Origin: a virus
IMG/VR virus record: IMGVR_UViG_3300049215_000050
Span: 1-37,896 of that record
Reading direction: 5' to 3' (one strand)
DNA length: 37,896 nt
Shown here: piece after piece, positions 1 through 7,393 of the stretch
How the letters are laid out: each line of letters opens with the position of its first letter
Numbering within the stretch: the first letter of the stretch is position 1
Translations under genes and position numbers: made by a program
The notes under the pieces: model-generated
The model's input: only the letters and a program-made list of their open reading frames with translations
Databases searched by the model: none
What the model was told of the DNA's origin: nothing

Positions 1-127
1 GCGTTCGGCCCGAGCCTCATCCTCTGCGAGCACGATGCGAAACTCATTCCCTTGTGCTTCACGCACGGGCTCTAGGATCGTCTCCCACTCAACAGGCGGT
101 CGTTTGGGCTGTCTCGCCCGTGGCAGC
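1..127. repeat. Terminal direct repeat, copy 1 (identical to 37770..37896). Most likely a circular-assembly overlap.
   Basis: gcgttcggcccgagcctcat...gtctcgcccgtggcagc is present exactly at both window ends. A minus-strand ORF is continuous across the implied junction. Confidence 0.95.
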
Positions 128-171
128 TTGTGGTGTGGTGCAGGAATGGGCTGGATGTCGAGCTTTGGCAT
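1..171 (-). CDS. 5' part of a junction-spanning hypothetical gene. Start is ATG at 171; positions 1-127 duplicate 37770-37896, and the gene continues to 37569.
   Basis: Minus-strand translation from ATG 171-169 reads MPKLDIQPIPAPHHKLPRARQPKRPPVEWETILEPV with no stop and is in frame with the 37569..37835 ORF (171-66=105 nt). Total is 123 aa on the circle. TACGCT lies 6 nt upstream of the ATG, so a leaderless -10 is possible. Confidence 0.6.
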   Translation of the reverse strand, partial: MPKLDIQPIPAPHHKLPRARQPKRPPVEWETILEPVREAQGNEFRIVLAEDEARAER

Positions 172-215
172 TGGCGTAGCGTAGACCGTTCGGCCGTGTG
201 CTGTGTACATACGCG

Positions 216-237
216 AAAAAGCGCCCCGTAGGGCGCT
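216..237 (-). terminator. Intrinsic terminator for the leftward operon
   Basis: On the minus strand: AGCGCCC-UACG-GGGCGCU (7-bp GC stem, tetraloop) followed by a U run (plus-strand A run 216-220). It lies 64 nt downstream of the stop of 301..600(-). Confidence 0.65.
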
Positions 238-300
238 CTCTCGCTGCCTAGACGGCTCTAGGCATCCTCACCCACCCGCGAAGGGCTCAGGTGGGGGAGA

Positions 301-600
301 TCACAGTTCTAGCCGCTGCGTGATGCGGGAAAGCTTGCGACCCACTCTGTCGATCTCGTCGGCGGTCTTCGCTATCCAGGTGGCAAGCTCGGACATGGGA
401 GCACGGGGCTCGGCTAGGTCAGGAACCGCCGACGTATCGGCAGGGCTGAGCACAGCTTGTAGGCGGTCCTGCATGATGTCAACCGCACGGTCTAAGTCGT
501 TGAACATCGACTCAAGGTGGCGGCACTGGTTCTCGATCTCTCGGGAGTCTCGCTCCGCCTGTTTCAGCTGCTCTGTCGCCTCATCGAATCGTGTTGCCAC
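301..600 (-). CDS. Hypothetical protein, helical/coiled-coil-like (99 aa)
   Basis: ORF with high GC3, overlapping the upstream minus-strand gene by 20 nt (coupled). No recognisable motif. Confidence 0.6.
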   Translation of the reverse strand: MATRFDEATEQLKQAERDSREIENQCRHLESMFNDLDRAVDIMQDRLQAVLSPADTSAVPDLAEPRAPMSELATWIAKTADEIDRVGRKLSRITQRLEL

Positions 601-871
601 GGTACAAGTCTCCTTCCACGTAGGTCACCATGTCGCCGTTGCGGTCTTGTGCCACCCAGTAGTAGGAGGCTTTGATCGTCGGGAACGTCCAGCCATTGAC
701 CAGACAGTCAATCACCTGGACATCGCCGCCAGAACCCTCAAAGAAGCCGTCGCCGACGCTCAGGCCAGGCACCGAGGGGCACGCTGCGAGTAGCTCATCA
801 ACCGTTGTTGCTGCTCGAATCTCCTCGCATTGAGCGTCGATCGCTTCCCAGAATCCGTCAAGTAGTCCCAT
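581..871 (-). CDS. Hypothetical protein (96 aa)
   Basis: ORF with high GC3. GAAGGGAAAGAG RBS-like purine tract precedes the ATG at 871. Confidence 0.6.
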   Translation of the reverse strand: MGLLDGFWEAIDAQCEEIRAATTVDELLAACPSVPGLSVGDGFFEGSGGDVQVIDCLVNGWTFPTIKASYYWVAQDRNGDMVTYVEGDLYRGNTIR

Positions 872-892
872 CTGCTCTTTCCCTTCGCTACG

Positions 893-953
893 CCTGGCCC
901 GTCGCCAGGTTCGTGCCCCGTGGCCGAATCGAACGGCCGTCGCCAGTCGGGGC
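893..953 (-). other. Two RNA hairpins between leftward genes, one with a nested T-arm-like stem-loop
   Basis: Minus strand: GCCCCG-ACUGGCGAC-[GGCCG-UUCGAUU-CGGCC]-A-CGGGGC (915-953), then CCUGGC-GACGG-GCCAGG (893-909). Confidence 0.4.
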
Positions 954-968
954 GGTTGAGAGTCTTAT

Positions 969-1160
969 TTAGAGTTCGAAAGAGCAGACGCTCCAGCCGG
1001 GCAGCCGCTCGCGGAGCAGGTTCTCGAAGGCCCCAAGGGCCTTGTCCCACAGCTCGTCGAGGATCTCGCTTGCTGCTGAGATGTTGGCGTCTGTCGGTTC
1101 CCACGATTCGGGCCTGATCACGTCGACGCCGTAGCGACCGAACACCGTTTGTGCGTTCAT
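969..1160 (-). CDS. Hypothetical protein (63 aa), first gene of the leftward operon
   Basis: ORF with high GC3. GAAGGGAAG RBS lies upstream of the ATG at 1160, and a promoter sits about 50 nt upstream. Confidence 0.55.
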   Translation of the reverse strand: MNAQTVFGRYGVDVIRPESWEPTDANISAASEILDELWDKALGAFENLLRERLPGWSVCSFEL

Positions 1161-1213
1161 CTTGACTTCCCTTCGCTCATCCCTCCCGATTCCGTCATCG
1201 GGGGGCTGAGACC

Positions 1214-1242
1214 ACTGTACCTACAGACTTGCCACAGGTCAA
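1214..1242 (-). promoter_or_regulatory. Leftward sigma70-like promoter (TTGACC-N17-TACAGT)
   Basis: Minus strand reads TTGACC (1242-1237), a 17-nt spacer, then TACAGT (1219-1214). It overlaps the 14-mer CCACTGTACCTACA that is shared with the 31417 promoter. Confidence 0.6.
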
Positions 1243-1497
1243 GCCCTTCGAGCTCAGCCTCAGCGAAAGTCCTGGGTCGCCGGCGGCTCCTTCCTCCCCA
1301 CACAGGGCCGTTTTTGACTGCCTGAGAACGCACTACAGACGGAGCCTCGCGTCCGGTCACCATCCCTTGCTGCCTGTCTCCGAGCTCAGCTCAAGAGACT
1401 CCCCCCGCCCCGGCCAGACCCTTGGGGTTCCCGGTCCTCGAGCCCGAACGACACGGCTGGCATTCCAGGATGCCCCTCGGCGGCCGGGCCACCACGG

Positions 1498-1606
1498 AGA
1501 ATGGCGGACTTTCCAACCGGGATTTCGGATCCAGACCAGGTGTGGGGACAAAAATGGGGGGGGATGCTGGATTTCGACCACCTGTAGGTACTAAGAATGG
1601 GGGGGT
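1498..1606. repeat. Three degenerate iteron-like units (AATGGSGGG ... GGATTTCGR) with long G runs
   Basis: gaatggcgg (1498), aaaatgggggggg (1551) and agaatggggggg (1594); gggatttcggat (1519) and tggatttcgacc (1568). GC3 in the overlapping ORF frame is low, so the stretch is probably non-coding. Confidence 0.6.
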
Positions 1607-1808
1607 GTCGTACAAGGGACCCCAGCGGGCTGAGACTCGGGATCGGGTTCAGAAGCGGTTGGGGGAGAACGCCCAGGCCAGGCTGCGGAAATGGGCCGAG
1701 CAGGCTGTTCGCACTCCAGCGGGGGCGCAGTTGATCGTGGACCGGCAGGTCGCCTTAGACGTGCTCGAGGTCTTCAAGTTCCACGGGGAACTTGGCGGTG
1801 AAACATGA
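1605..1808 (+). CDS. Hypothetical protein (about 67 aa); start uncertain (GTG 1605, alternatively ATG 1554)
   Basis: GC3 becomes high only from about 1605 within ORF 1422..1808. The stop is ATGA-coupled to the next gene. Confidence 0.45.
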   Translation: MSYKGPQRAETRDRVQKRLGENAQARLRKWAEQAVRTPAGAQLIVDRQVALDVLEVFKFHGELGGET

Positions 1809-2470
1809 CCGACTGGGGGTTCGATGACGGTAGCGGTGATCTGCCTAGCGGTCCTGAGCTCGGCCTTGCTGGGCTGCGTGATGATCCTGGTGCGCTGGAT
1901 CCTGCGGGGTTCGGACTCGCTGACGACGAAGTGGCAGGAGCAGGACCGATCCCGGTCCCGCGAGACCCTCAACCTCGTTCAGACCCTGTGCTCGAGCTTC
2001 TTCGCGACAACGCCGCGATCGACAAGCGAGCCATCAACTCAGGAAGACGACCGAAACCTCCAGCCGGCGTGGGACAACTGGGACCCGGAGACCGCCTTGG
2101 AGGAGGAGCAGATGTTCGCCATGGGGTCGTGGGGGACCGAGAGCCAGGCGCGGAGAACGGTGGAGGAGGCGGTCATCGAGACCCACAGCCCCCCGACGCT
2201 CAGCTGACCTACGACGCCAAAGCCGTCGAGGCGGTGAAGATCCTCCGGGACCGGATGTCGGTCAGAAGCGCGGTCGCCGTGGCTTCCACCTTCGAGAAGG
2301 CGTCGTTCCAGGCCGAGTTCCGCGGGGCCAAGGTCAACAACATCGGCGGGGTGGACATGCTCATCCGCATCCCCCCTCAGGACAAGTGGCAGGCCCTGTC
2401 GCTCGCTGATGCGGCGGAAATGATGGTGCAGATGGACGTGAGGAGAGTCGATGGCGACCCCGATCTATAA
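1805..2470 (+). CDS. Hypothetical protein (221 aa)
   Basis: ATGA-coupled, high GC3, acidic/Pro-Gly-rich N-terminal half. Confidence 0.6.
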   Translation: MTDWGFDDGSGDLPSGPELGLAGLRDDPGALDPAGFGLADDEVAGAGPIPVPRDPQPRSDPVLELLRDNAAIDKRAINSGRRPKPPAGVGQLGPGDRLGGGADVRHGVVGDREPGAENGGGGGHRDPQPPDAQLTYDAKAVEAVKILRDRMSVRSAVAVASTFEKASFQAEFRGAKVNNIGGVDMLIRIPPQDKWQALSLADAAEMMVQMDVRRVDGDPDL

Positions 2471-2666
2471 CTTCCGCATGTCCAAGGAGCTCTACGAGGA
2501 GGGGAGGACCTTGGCGGCGAAGAAGGGGAAGACCCTCTCAGAGTTCATCCGGGAGCTGCTCCTCCAAGCCATCTTCATCGCCAACACCAACCTCGACCAC
2601 TTCGACCCGGTGCCCGACAACATCCGGCCCTTGGAACGCAGAGAGGTCATCACGCGGTGGAAGTAG
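2451..2666 (+). CDS. Ribbon-helix-helix (CopG/Arc-like) DNA-binding protein
   Basis: N-terminus PIYNFRMSKELYEEGRTLAAKKGKTLSEFIRELLLQAI fits a beta-strand/helix/helix RHH pattern. It sits just upstream of the terminase genes. Confidence 0.55.
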   Translation: MATPIYNFRMSKELYEEGRTLAAKKGKTLSEFIRELLLQAIFIANTNLDHFDPVPDNIRPLERREVITRWK

Positions 2667-3013
2667 AGGAGCTGGTCGTCGGGCTGATCAAGGAGGGCGT
2701 CCAGATTCCCCTGCTTGCAAGAGCAAGTGGCATCCCCGAGGACGACCTGTGGGCACTCGGCATCCAAGACGAGTCCCAGGCGCTCCCCGAAGCCGCCCTC
2801 TCCCTTGCCTGGATGGCGATCGAGAAGGGCAAGGAGATCCTCCGCTCGGGGACTCAAGCCAATCAGCTTCGTCTGGTGGCCACGATCTTCAACCACGTCA
2901 TGCGCTCCTACAAGGGAGAATCCCCGAAAGCGTTCCAGGATCTTCAGTCCTACATCGGCAAAGTGTTGAGCGGTGAGGACATCGCTGTCGATGACGAACC
3001 TGAACTCGATTAG
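2657..3013 (+). CDS. Putative terminase small subunit (HTH-containing)
   Basis: 118-aa ORF directly upstream of and overlapping terL. N-terminal HTH-like LIKEGVQIPLLARASGIPEDDLWAL. Called by position. Confidence 0.45.
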   Translation: MEVEELVVGLIKEGVQIPLLARASGIPEDDLWALGIQDESQALPEAALSLAWMAIEKGKEILRSGTQANQLRLVATIFNHVMRSYKGESPKAFQDLQSYIGKVLSGEDIAVDDEPELD

Positions 3014-4655
3014 ACCCGAGCGGCTCGACCACCTCGAGCGCATGATGAAGCTCATCGCCATCCAGAAGAAGGACATGGACGTCGGCCGGCTGGATCTCGA
3101 CGAGGAGTTCGCCTGGGCGCAGAAGGGGATGGTGCGCGAGGTCATCCGGCAGTACAATGAGGAGAAGCCGGTACGGATCATCGCGCTGAAAGCGCGCCAG
3201 CTCGGCATGAGCACGGCGACCGCGGCGACGCTGTTCAACTGGGCGTTCCTCTTGCCCGGTGCTCAGGGGATGATCATCGCGCATGACACGGAGACCACCC
3301 AGTCGCTGTTCGAGAAGACGGCGCTGGCGTGGGAACACTGGCCCATGAACGTGGCCTACACGCTCCGACACCAGACCCAGCGCCGGCTGACGTGGAAGGA
3401 GACCAACTCCTCCATCCGGATCGCCACGGCCAAGAACGTGAAGTCTGGTCGAGGCCGCACGATCCATGCCCTTCATGCCAGCGAAGTTGCCTTCTGGGAA
3501 GACCCGGAGACCCTCATGACAGGTCTGCGCCAGACCATCCCCAACAAGCACGGCACCATCATCGTCATGGAGTCAACGGCCAACGGGGTCGGGAACTACT
3601 TCTGGCGCCAGTGGCAACTGGCGGAACAGGGGGAGTCGGACTTCGCTCCGCTGTTCTTTCCCTGGTTCATGCACCCCGAGTACCGGGCTTCGTTCGTCAC
3701 CATCACCAAGCGAGACCTGGACGAGTACGAGACCTGGCTGTACGAGGAGCTGAAAGTTCCGCTCGAGTGCATCGAGTGGCGCAGGTGGGCCATCCCGAAC
3801 CTCACGAACGGCTCGGAGGACGAGTTCAAGCAGGAATACCCGGCCACCCCCGAGGAATCGTTTCTCACCACCGGACGGCCCGTCTTCCCCCCGCAGGCTC
3901 TCTACGCCTGTTTCCGGGACTCCCCCTGTGCGCGCGGATACATTTCGTCCAAGGGCGGTCGATACGAGTTCGTGAACAACCCGCTTGGGGAACTTCGCGT
4001 CTACAAGAAGCCCTTTGCCGACAAGTCGTGGCGGGGGTACTTCGTCGCTGCCGACCCTTCTCGATCCACCATCGGGGACCCGAGCTGCATCCAGGTCATC
4101 AACCGGGCCACCTTCGAGCAGGTGGCGGTGTGGCACGGCGTCACCGATCCGGTGACGCTCGCCCATCACATCATCCGGATCGGCCGCTACTACAACGACG
4201 CCGAGGTGTCGGTCGAAGTCGAAGGCGGGGGACAGGCCACCATCGGAGTCCTGCTCGATCAGAACTACCCCCACATCTGGCAGCACCGCCGGGCCGACAA
4301 GCACCAGGGTCAACTGGCGAACACCTACGGCTGGTCCACCAACTACAACCGCAAGCAGTGGATGATCGGCACCACGATCCGGCTCCTCACCGATCATTCG
4401 CTTCTCCTGCACGACCAGGAGACCTTCGACCAGATGCTCGACTACGTGGTGCTGAACGCCGAGACCGGGTCGATGGGGAACTCCTCGCGAGATGGACATG
4501 ACGACGCCGTGATGGCCATCTGCCAGGCCGTCATCTGCGCCATCACCACCGGCCCACCGGGTACCTACGAGTCGGACAAGGCGTGGAAGCCCCTCGCTCC
4601 GCACCAGCCCAGCGACCTCATGGGTGTCCCTGGATACGAGGCGTTCCCCGACTAG
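2973..4655 (+). CDS. terL: Terminase large subunit
   Basis: P-loop variant ALKARQLGMST; IHALHASEVAFWED; nuclease-domain acidic motifs FVAADPSRS and GHDDAVMA. 560 aa. Start is GTG 2973 or ATG 2991. Confidence 0.85.
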   Translation: MRTSLSMTNLNSIRPERLDHLERMMKLIAIQKKDMDVGRLDLDEEFAWAQKGMVREVIRQYNEEKPVRIIALKARQLGMSTATAATLFNWAFLLPGAQGMIIAHDTETTQSLFEKTALAWEHWPMNVAYTLRHQTQRRLTWKETNSSIRIATAKNVKSGRGRTIHALHASEVAFWEDPETLMTGLRQTIPNKHGTIIVMESTANGVGNYFWRQWQLAEQGESDFAPLFFPWFMHPEYRASFVTITKRDLDEYETWLYEELKVPLECIEWRRWAIPNLTNGSEDEFKQEYPATPEESFLTTGRPVFPPQALYACFRDSPCARGYISSKGGRYEFVNNPLGELRVYKKPFADKSWRGYFVAADPSRSTIGDPSCIQVINRATFEQVAVWHGVTDPVTLAHHIIRIGRYYNDAEVSVEVEGGGQATIGVLLDQNYPHIWQHRRADKHQGQLANTYGWSTNYNRKQWMIGTTIRLLTDHSLLLHDQETFDQMLDYVVLNAETGSMGNSSRDGHDDAVMAICQAVICAITTGPPGTYESDKAWKPLAPHQPSDLMGVPGYEAFPD

Positions 4656-4666
4656 GATTCGGCCAA

Positions 4667-4972
4667 ATGCCGACCTACCAGTACCGCTGCGAGAAGTGCC
4701 GGGTGCTGTTCCACGCGGACACCCGAACGGTGAGCGAGTGCCCCATCGGCCACCCCCAGGTGAAGCGGAACTACTCGTTCACCTTCGGGCTCGGGGTGAA
4801 AGAGCACTGGAACGGCTCTGTCGGAAAGTACGTTAGTAACGAACGACATTTGCGGGACGAACTGTCGCGAGCTTCCGACGAGCACTCGGAGAAGACCGGA
4901 ACGGAGCACCGCTACGTCATGGCCGACGTCGGGGAGATGCGTCAGCAGTTCGGGGTGAGTGAGGACGCATGA
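4667..4972 (+). CDS. Zinc-ribbon protein with an FmdB-like N-terminal signature
   Basis: Starts MPTYQYRCEKC (MPxYxYxCxxC) with a later ECPIGH. ATG 4667 lies inside ORF 4583..4972, 12 nt after the terL stop. Confidence 0.55.
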   Translation: MPTYQYRCEKCRVLFHADTRTVSECPIGHPQVKRNYSFTFGLGVKEHWNGSVGKYVSNERHLRDELSRASDEHSEKTGTEHRYVMADVGEMRQQFGVSEDA

Positions 4973-6795
4973 GCGTCACCGAATATCCCCCCACCGACAC
5001 CGACCAGGATCTGCTCTCCACCGATTCGCTGGCGACTCTCGCCAAGTGCAAGCAGCTCTACCAGACGGCCCGTAAGGCGAAGGCCAATCTGCTCTCGCGC
5101 TGGCGCAGGAACTTTTTGCTTCTCAACAACCAGATGTGGTCCGACTTCCGCATGGCCTGGATGCCGAGTCCGTCCGATTCGGAGATCATGCCCATCATGG
5201 CCAACCTGATCGGGTGGATGACCGATCAGTCGGTCGCCTACACGGTGAACGCGGCCACGCAGCCGAACACCCCGTGGTACGAGTACCTGTCGCAGCTGGC
5301 CGACGATCTGGAAGCGATCCTCGAGTCCAACTGGAAGGTGCTCAACTGGCAGATGAAGGTCACGCGTTCGATGTGGGACGCGGGACTGTACGGGGCCGGC
5401 ATCCTGAAAGCGGTGTGGGACCAGGCACTCGACAACGGACTCGGGAACGTCGATCTGGTGGACGTGGATCCGTGGAACTTCTATCCCGATCCCATGGCCA
5501 GAAACGAGTACGACGGCCAGTACTACATCGAAGTCAGACGCCTCGCCTTCGACACCATCGAGCGCAAGTTCCCCGACCGGGCACAACGTCTTCTCGACGA
5601 CCTCACGTTCTACTCGGAAGGCGATCTCGATTCGGAATCCCGGCCGTCGAACACCGAGAAGTCGGGATCGCAGTACCCGATGTCGTTCTCCTCGGGATAC
5701 CAGGGCGGATCGCCGTCCATGGGACTCCCCGGCCAGTCTCGCATCAAGGCCCCGCGCCCCGAAGGCATCCTCGTCTTCGAGTGTTGGATGCGCGAGAACC
5801 GGGAGACCGAGATTCCCGATCCGGATTTTGACGGCGAGGGAGAGGCTCCGAAGATCACCGTCATGGCCGAGGACTGGCGGGTGGTCATCTGGTCGTGCAA
5901 CACCATCCTCATGGACGCCTGGGCGTCCGATCTGTGGGAGGGGGCGACACATCCCTATGGACGATTCGTCTTCGAGGACACCGGAGAGTTCTGGCCTACC
6001 CCCCTTGTCACCCACCTGGCTCCTTGCCAGATCGCCATCAACCGACTTCTCGCCGCGCTTCAGCAATCAGCCGAGCTCACCGGAAACCCGATCTTCTTGG
6101 AACCTGACCAGAGTGGCATCAGCCAGACACTGCTGATCAACCGCCCCGGCCAGCGCCTCAAGACCAACACCCGAGGGGGACAAGCCCCTCCGCAGTGGCT
6201 GAGCCCTCCCCCCATGTCCTCCGATGTCATGGGACTCATCCGCTTCTACATCGAGCGCATGGAGAACATCTCGGGACTCTCGACCACTTCCAAGGGAAAG
6301 CCGCCTGCGGCGAGAACCCCCGAAGCGGTGGTGTCGAACGTCCAGGAGTCGGGCTTCGTCCGAGTCCGGTCAGGACTCAGGAACATGGAACGCACCCTTC
6401 GGAGGCTGTCTGAGATCCTGGTGCAGCTCGTCATCGAGAACTTCACCACCCCGAGAACGGTGTCGATCATCGGTCAGGAAGGCGAGCAGTCGGCGGTGAC
6501 GCTCAGAGCACGGCACTTCATCGACGCCGTGAACAACGAGTACGCTCCGTTCAAGTACAGCCTCATCGTGAACGCCGGCTCCGACGTCCCGACGTCGAGA
6601 CAAGCCCGAGCCACCGAGGCGCAGAACCTGTTCGTGCTGAAGGCCATCGACCGCAAGGCTCTCCTCGAATCGGTGCGTTTCCCCCACTGGCAGGCCATCG
6701 ACCAGCGAATGCAACAGGCCGAGGCGGCAGCCGCTCAGGCGCAGTTGGAGAACCCCGATTCCCGAGCCAGGACTCGCCGTTCCCCCAAGCCGTAG
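4969..6795 (+). CDS. Portal protein
   Basis: 608-aa ORF, ATGA-coupled, located after terL and before scaffold/capsid. Called from size, synteny and general resemblance; no single diagnostic motif. Confidence 0.7.
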   Translation: MSVTEYPPTDTDQDLLSTDSLATLAKCKQLYQTARKAKANLLSRWRRNFLLLNNQMWSDFRMAWMPSPSDSEIMPIMANLIGWMTDQSVAYTVNAATQPNTPWYEYLSQLADDLEAILESNWKVLNWQMKVTRSMWDAGLYGAGILKAVWDQALDNGLGNVDLVDVDPWNFYPDPMARNEYDGQYYIEVRRLAFDTIERKFPDRAQRLLDDLTFYSEGDLDSESRPSNTEKSGSQYPMSFSSGYQGGSPSMGLPGQSRIKAPRPEGILVFECWMRENRETEIPDPDFDGEGEAPKITVMAEDWRVVIWSCNTILMDAWASDLWEGATHPYGRFVFEDTGEFWPTPLVTHLAPCQIAINRLLAALQQSAELTGNPIFLEPDQSGISQTLLINRPGQRLKTNTRGGQAPPQWLSPPPMSSDVMGLIRFYIERMENISGLSTTSKGKPPAARTPEAVVSNVQESGFVRVRSGLRNMERTLRRLSEILVQLVIENFTTPRTVSIIGQEGEQSAVTLRARHFIDAVNNEYAPFKYSLIVNAGSDVPTSRQARATEAQNLFVLKAIDRKALLESVRFPHWQAIDQRMQQAEAAAAQAQLENPDSRARTRRSPKP

Positions 6796-6813
6796 ATGAC
6801 ACGATCGTGTCAT
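6796..6813. repeat. 18-bp perfect palindrome ATGACACGATCGTGTCAT
   Basis: Starts immediately after the portal stop codon (6793-6795). Perfect dyad with a CGATCG centre. Confidence 0.9.
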
Positions 6814-6864
6814 ACGGTGAGGATTCCCCCACAACGGGTGCCCTCTGCTATACGCTGATCCGCG

Positions 6865-7074
6865 ATGCCATACGGATCGACACCAGAGCAGGACGACGGG
6901 GACCTCGACCAGCCGCGCATCATCGGTCAGGTCACCGGCCCGAAATCCATGTCGGAGTACTCCCGAGACTTCGGGCTCGACGTGGACCCGCAGTTCGAGT
7001 GCGACAACATGGGCCGGCGAAACGGCTACGCGCTCCCGAAGAACGTTCCGTCGGTGGGGGTCCACGGTCGATAG
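6865..7074 (+). CDS. Hypothetical protein (69 aa)
   Basis: Very high GC3 in this frame, unlike the overlapping 6807..7106 frame. Confidence 0.55.
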   Translation: MPYGSTPEQDDGDLDQPRIIGQVTGPKSMSEYSRDFGLDVDPQFECDNMGRRNGYALPKNVPSVGVHGR

Positions 7075-7150
7075 ATCGCATACACATGCGAGTCAACGGC
7101 GTGTAACACGTCGGTTGATCTCCCTTCAATCCGGAGGAGGTGATCCTGAA

Positions 7151-7189
7151 ATGGCACGTCGCAAGGGTCGTCACAGCAAGCGGGGCTGA
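7151..7189 (+). CDS. Candidate 12-aa basic micro-ORF (MARRKGRHSKRG) behind an extended Shine-Dalgarno
   Basis: GGAGGAGGTGATCC (7133-7146) contains GGAGGTGATCC, complementary to the conserved bacterial 16S 3' end. ATG follows 4 nt after it (10 nt after the GGAGG core), and two small hairpins follow the ORF. Confidence 0.3.
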   Translation: MARRKGRHSKRG

Positions 7190-7234
7190 GCCCCCACAGA
7201 GGCGAAAGCCTCACCGCTACCAAGGAGAAGCAAC

Positions 7235-7393
7235 ATGGCCAACGAAGGTGTCTCCAGCTCGAACGCCACCGCCGCACGCCGGGGAGGCAACGTCTCCATC
7301 ATCCGTCAGGGGCAGACCTCGGGTTACCTCGGGAACGACCCCTACGTGAAGGAAGGCGGGCAGGCGTCGAAGGTCCAGGACCTGAAGCCCTAA
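7235..7393 (+). CDS. Hypothetical small protein (52 aa), not in the ORF track
   Basis: AAGGAGAA RBS lies 5 nt upstream of ATG 7235. GC3 is high, and the TAA stop abuts the ATG of the next gene. Confidence 0.6.
   Translation: MANEGVSSSNATAARRGGNVSIIRQGQTSGYLGNDPYVKEGGQASKVQDLKP

Noticed and set aside
1-127. Terminal repeat read as a genuine phage direct terminal repeat, or as attL/attR of a prophage.
   Set aside because: The exact length of 127 nt matches a common assembler k-mer, and a gene is continuous across the junction. No integrase or flanking host genes are present. Real virion ends cannot be inferred from this.
203-793. 196-aa plus-strand ORF across the leftward module.
   Set aside because: It lies opposite two well-behaved minus-strand genes and a minus-strand terminator. 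Its translation is Arg/Ser-rich with poor codon bias.
915-953. Possible tRNA gene on the minus strand (perfect T-arm GGCCG-TTCGATT-CGGCC).
   Set aside because: Only an acceptor-like stem and a T-arm can be drawn. There are no D arm or anticodon arm, and the total length is about 39 nt.
1222-1316. Plus-strand sRNA of about 80 nt, running from TACAGA (1222-1227) to a GGGCCG-TTTTT terminator-like element. It would carry a CUCCUUCCUCCCC anti-SD-like tract.
   Set aside because: There is no acceptable -35 on the plus strand. The stem is weak (6 bp with a wobble and a 15-nt loop). The -10-like hexamer is better explained as part of the opposite-strand promoter.
1314-1339. TTGACT ... TACAGA as a rightward promoter for the packaging operon.
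   Set aside because: The spacer is only 14 nt, too short for a sigma70-type promoter.
1422-1604. N-terminal extension of the first rightward ORF, which would give a peptide tandem repeat (NGG...RPGVGT).
   Set aside because: GC3 in this stretch is only about half G/C, against the very high bias elsewhere. The repeat is better explained as DNA-level iterons. Coding is accepted only from about 1605.
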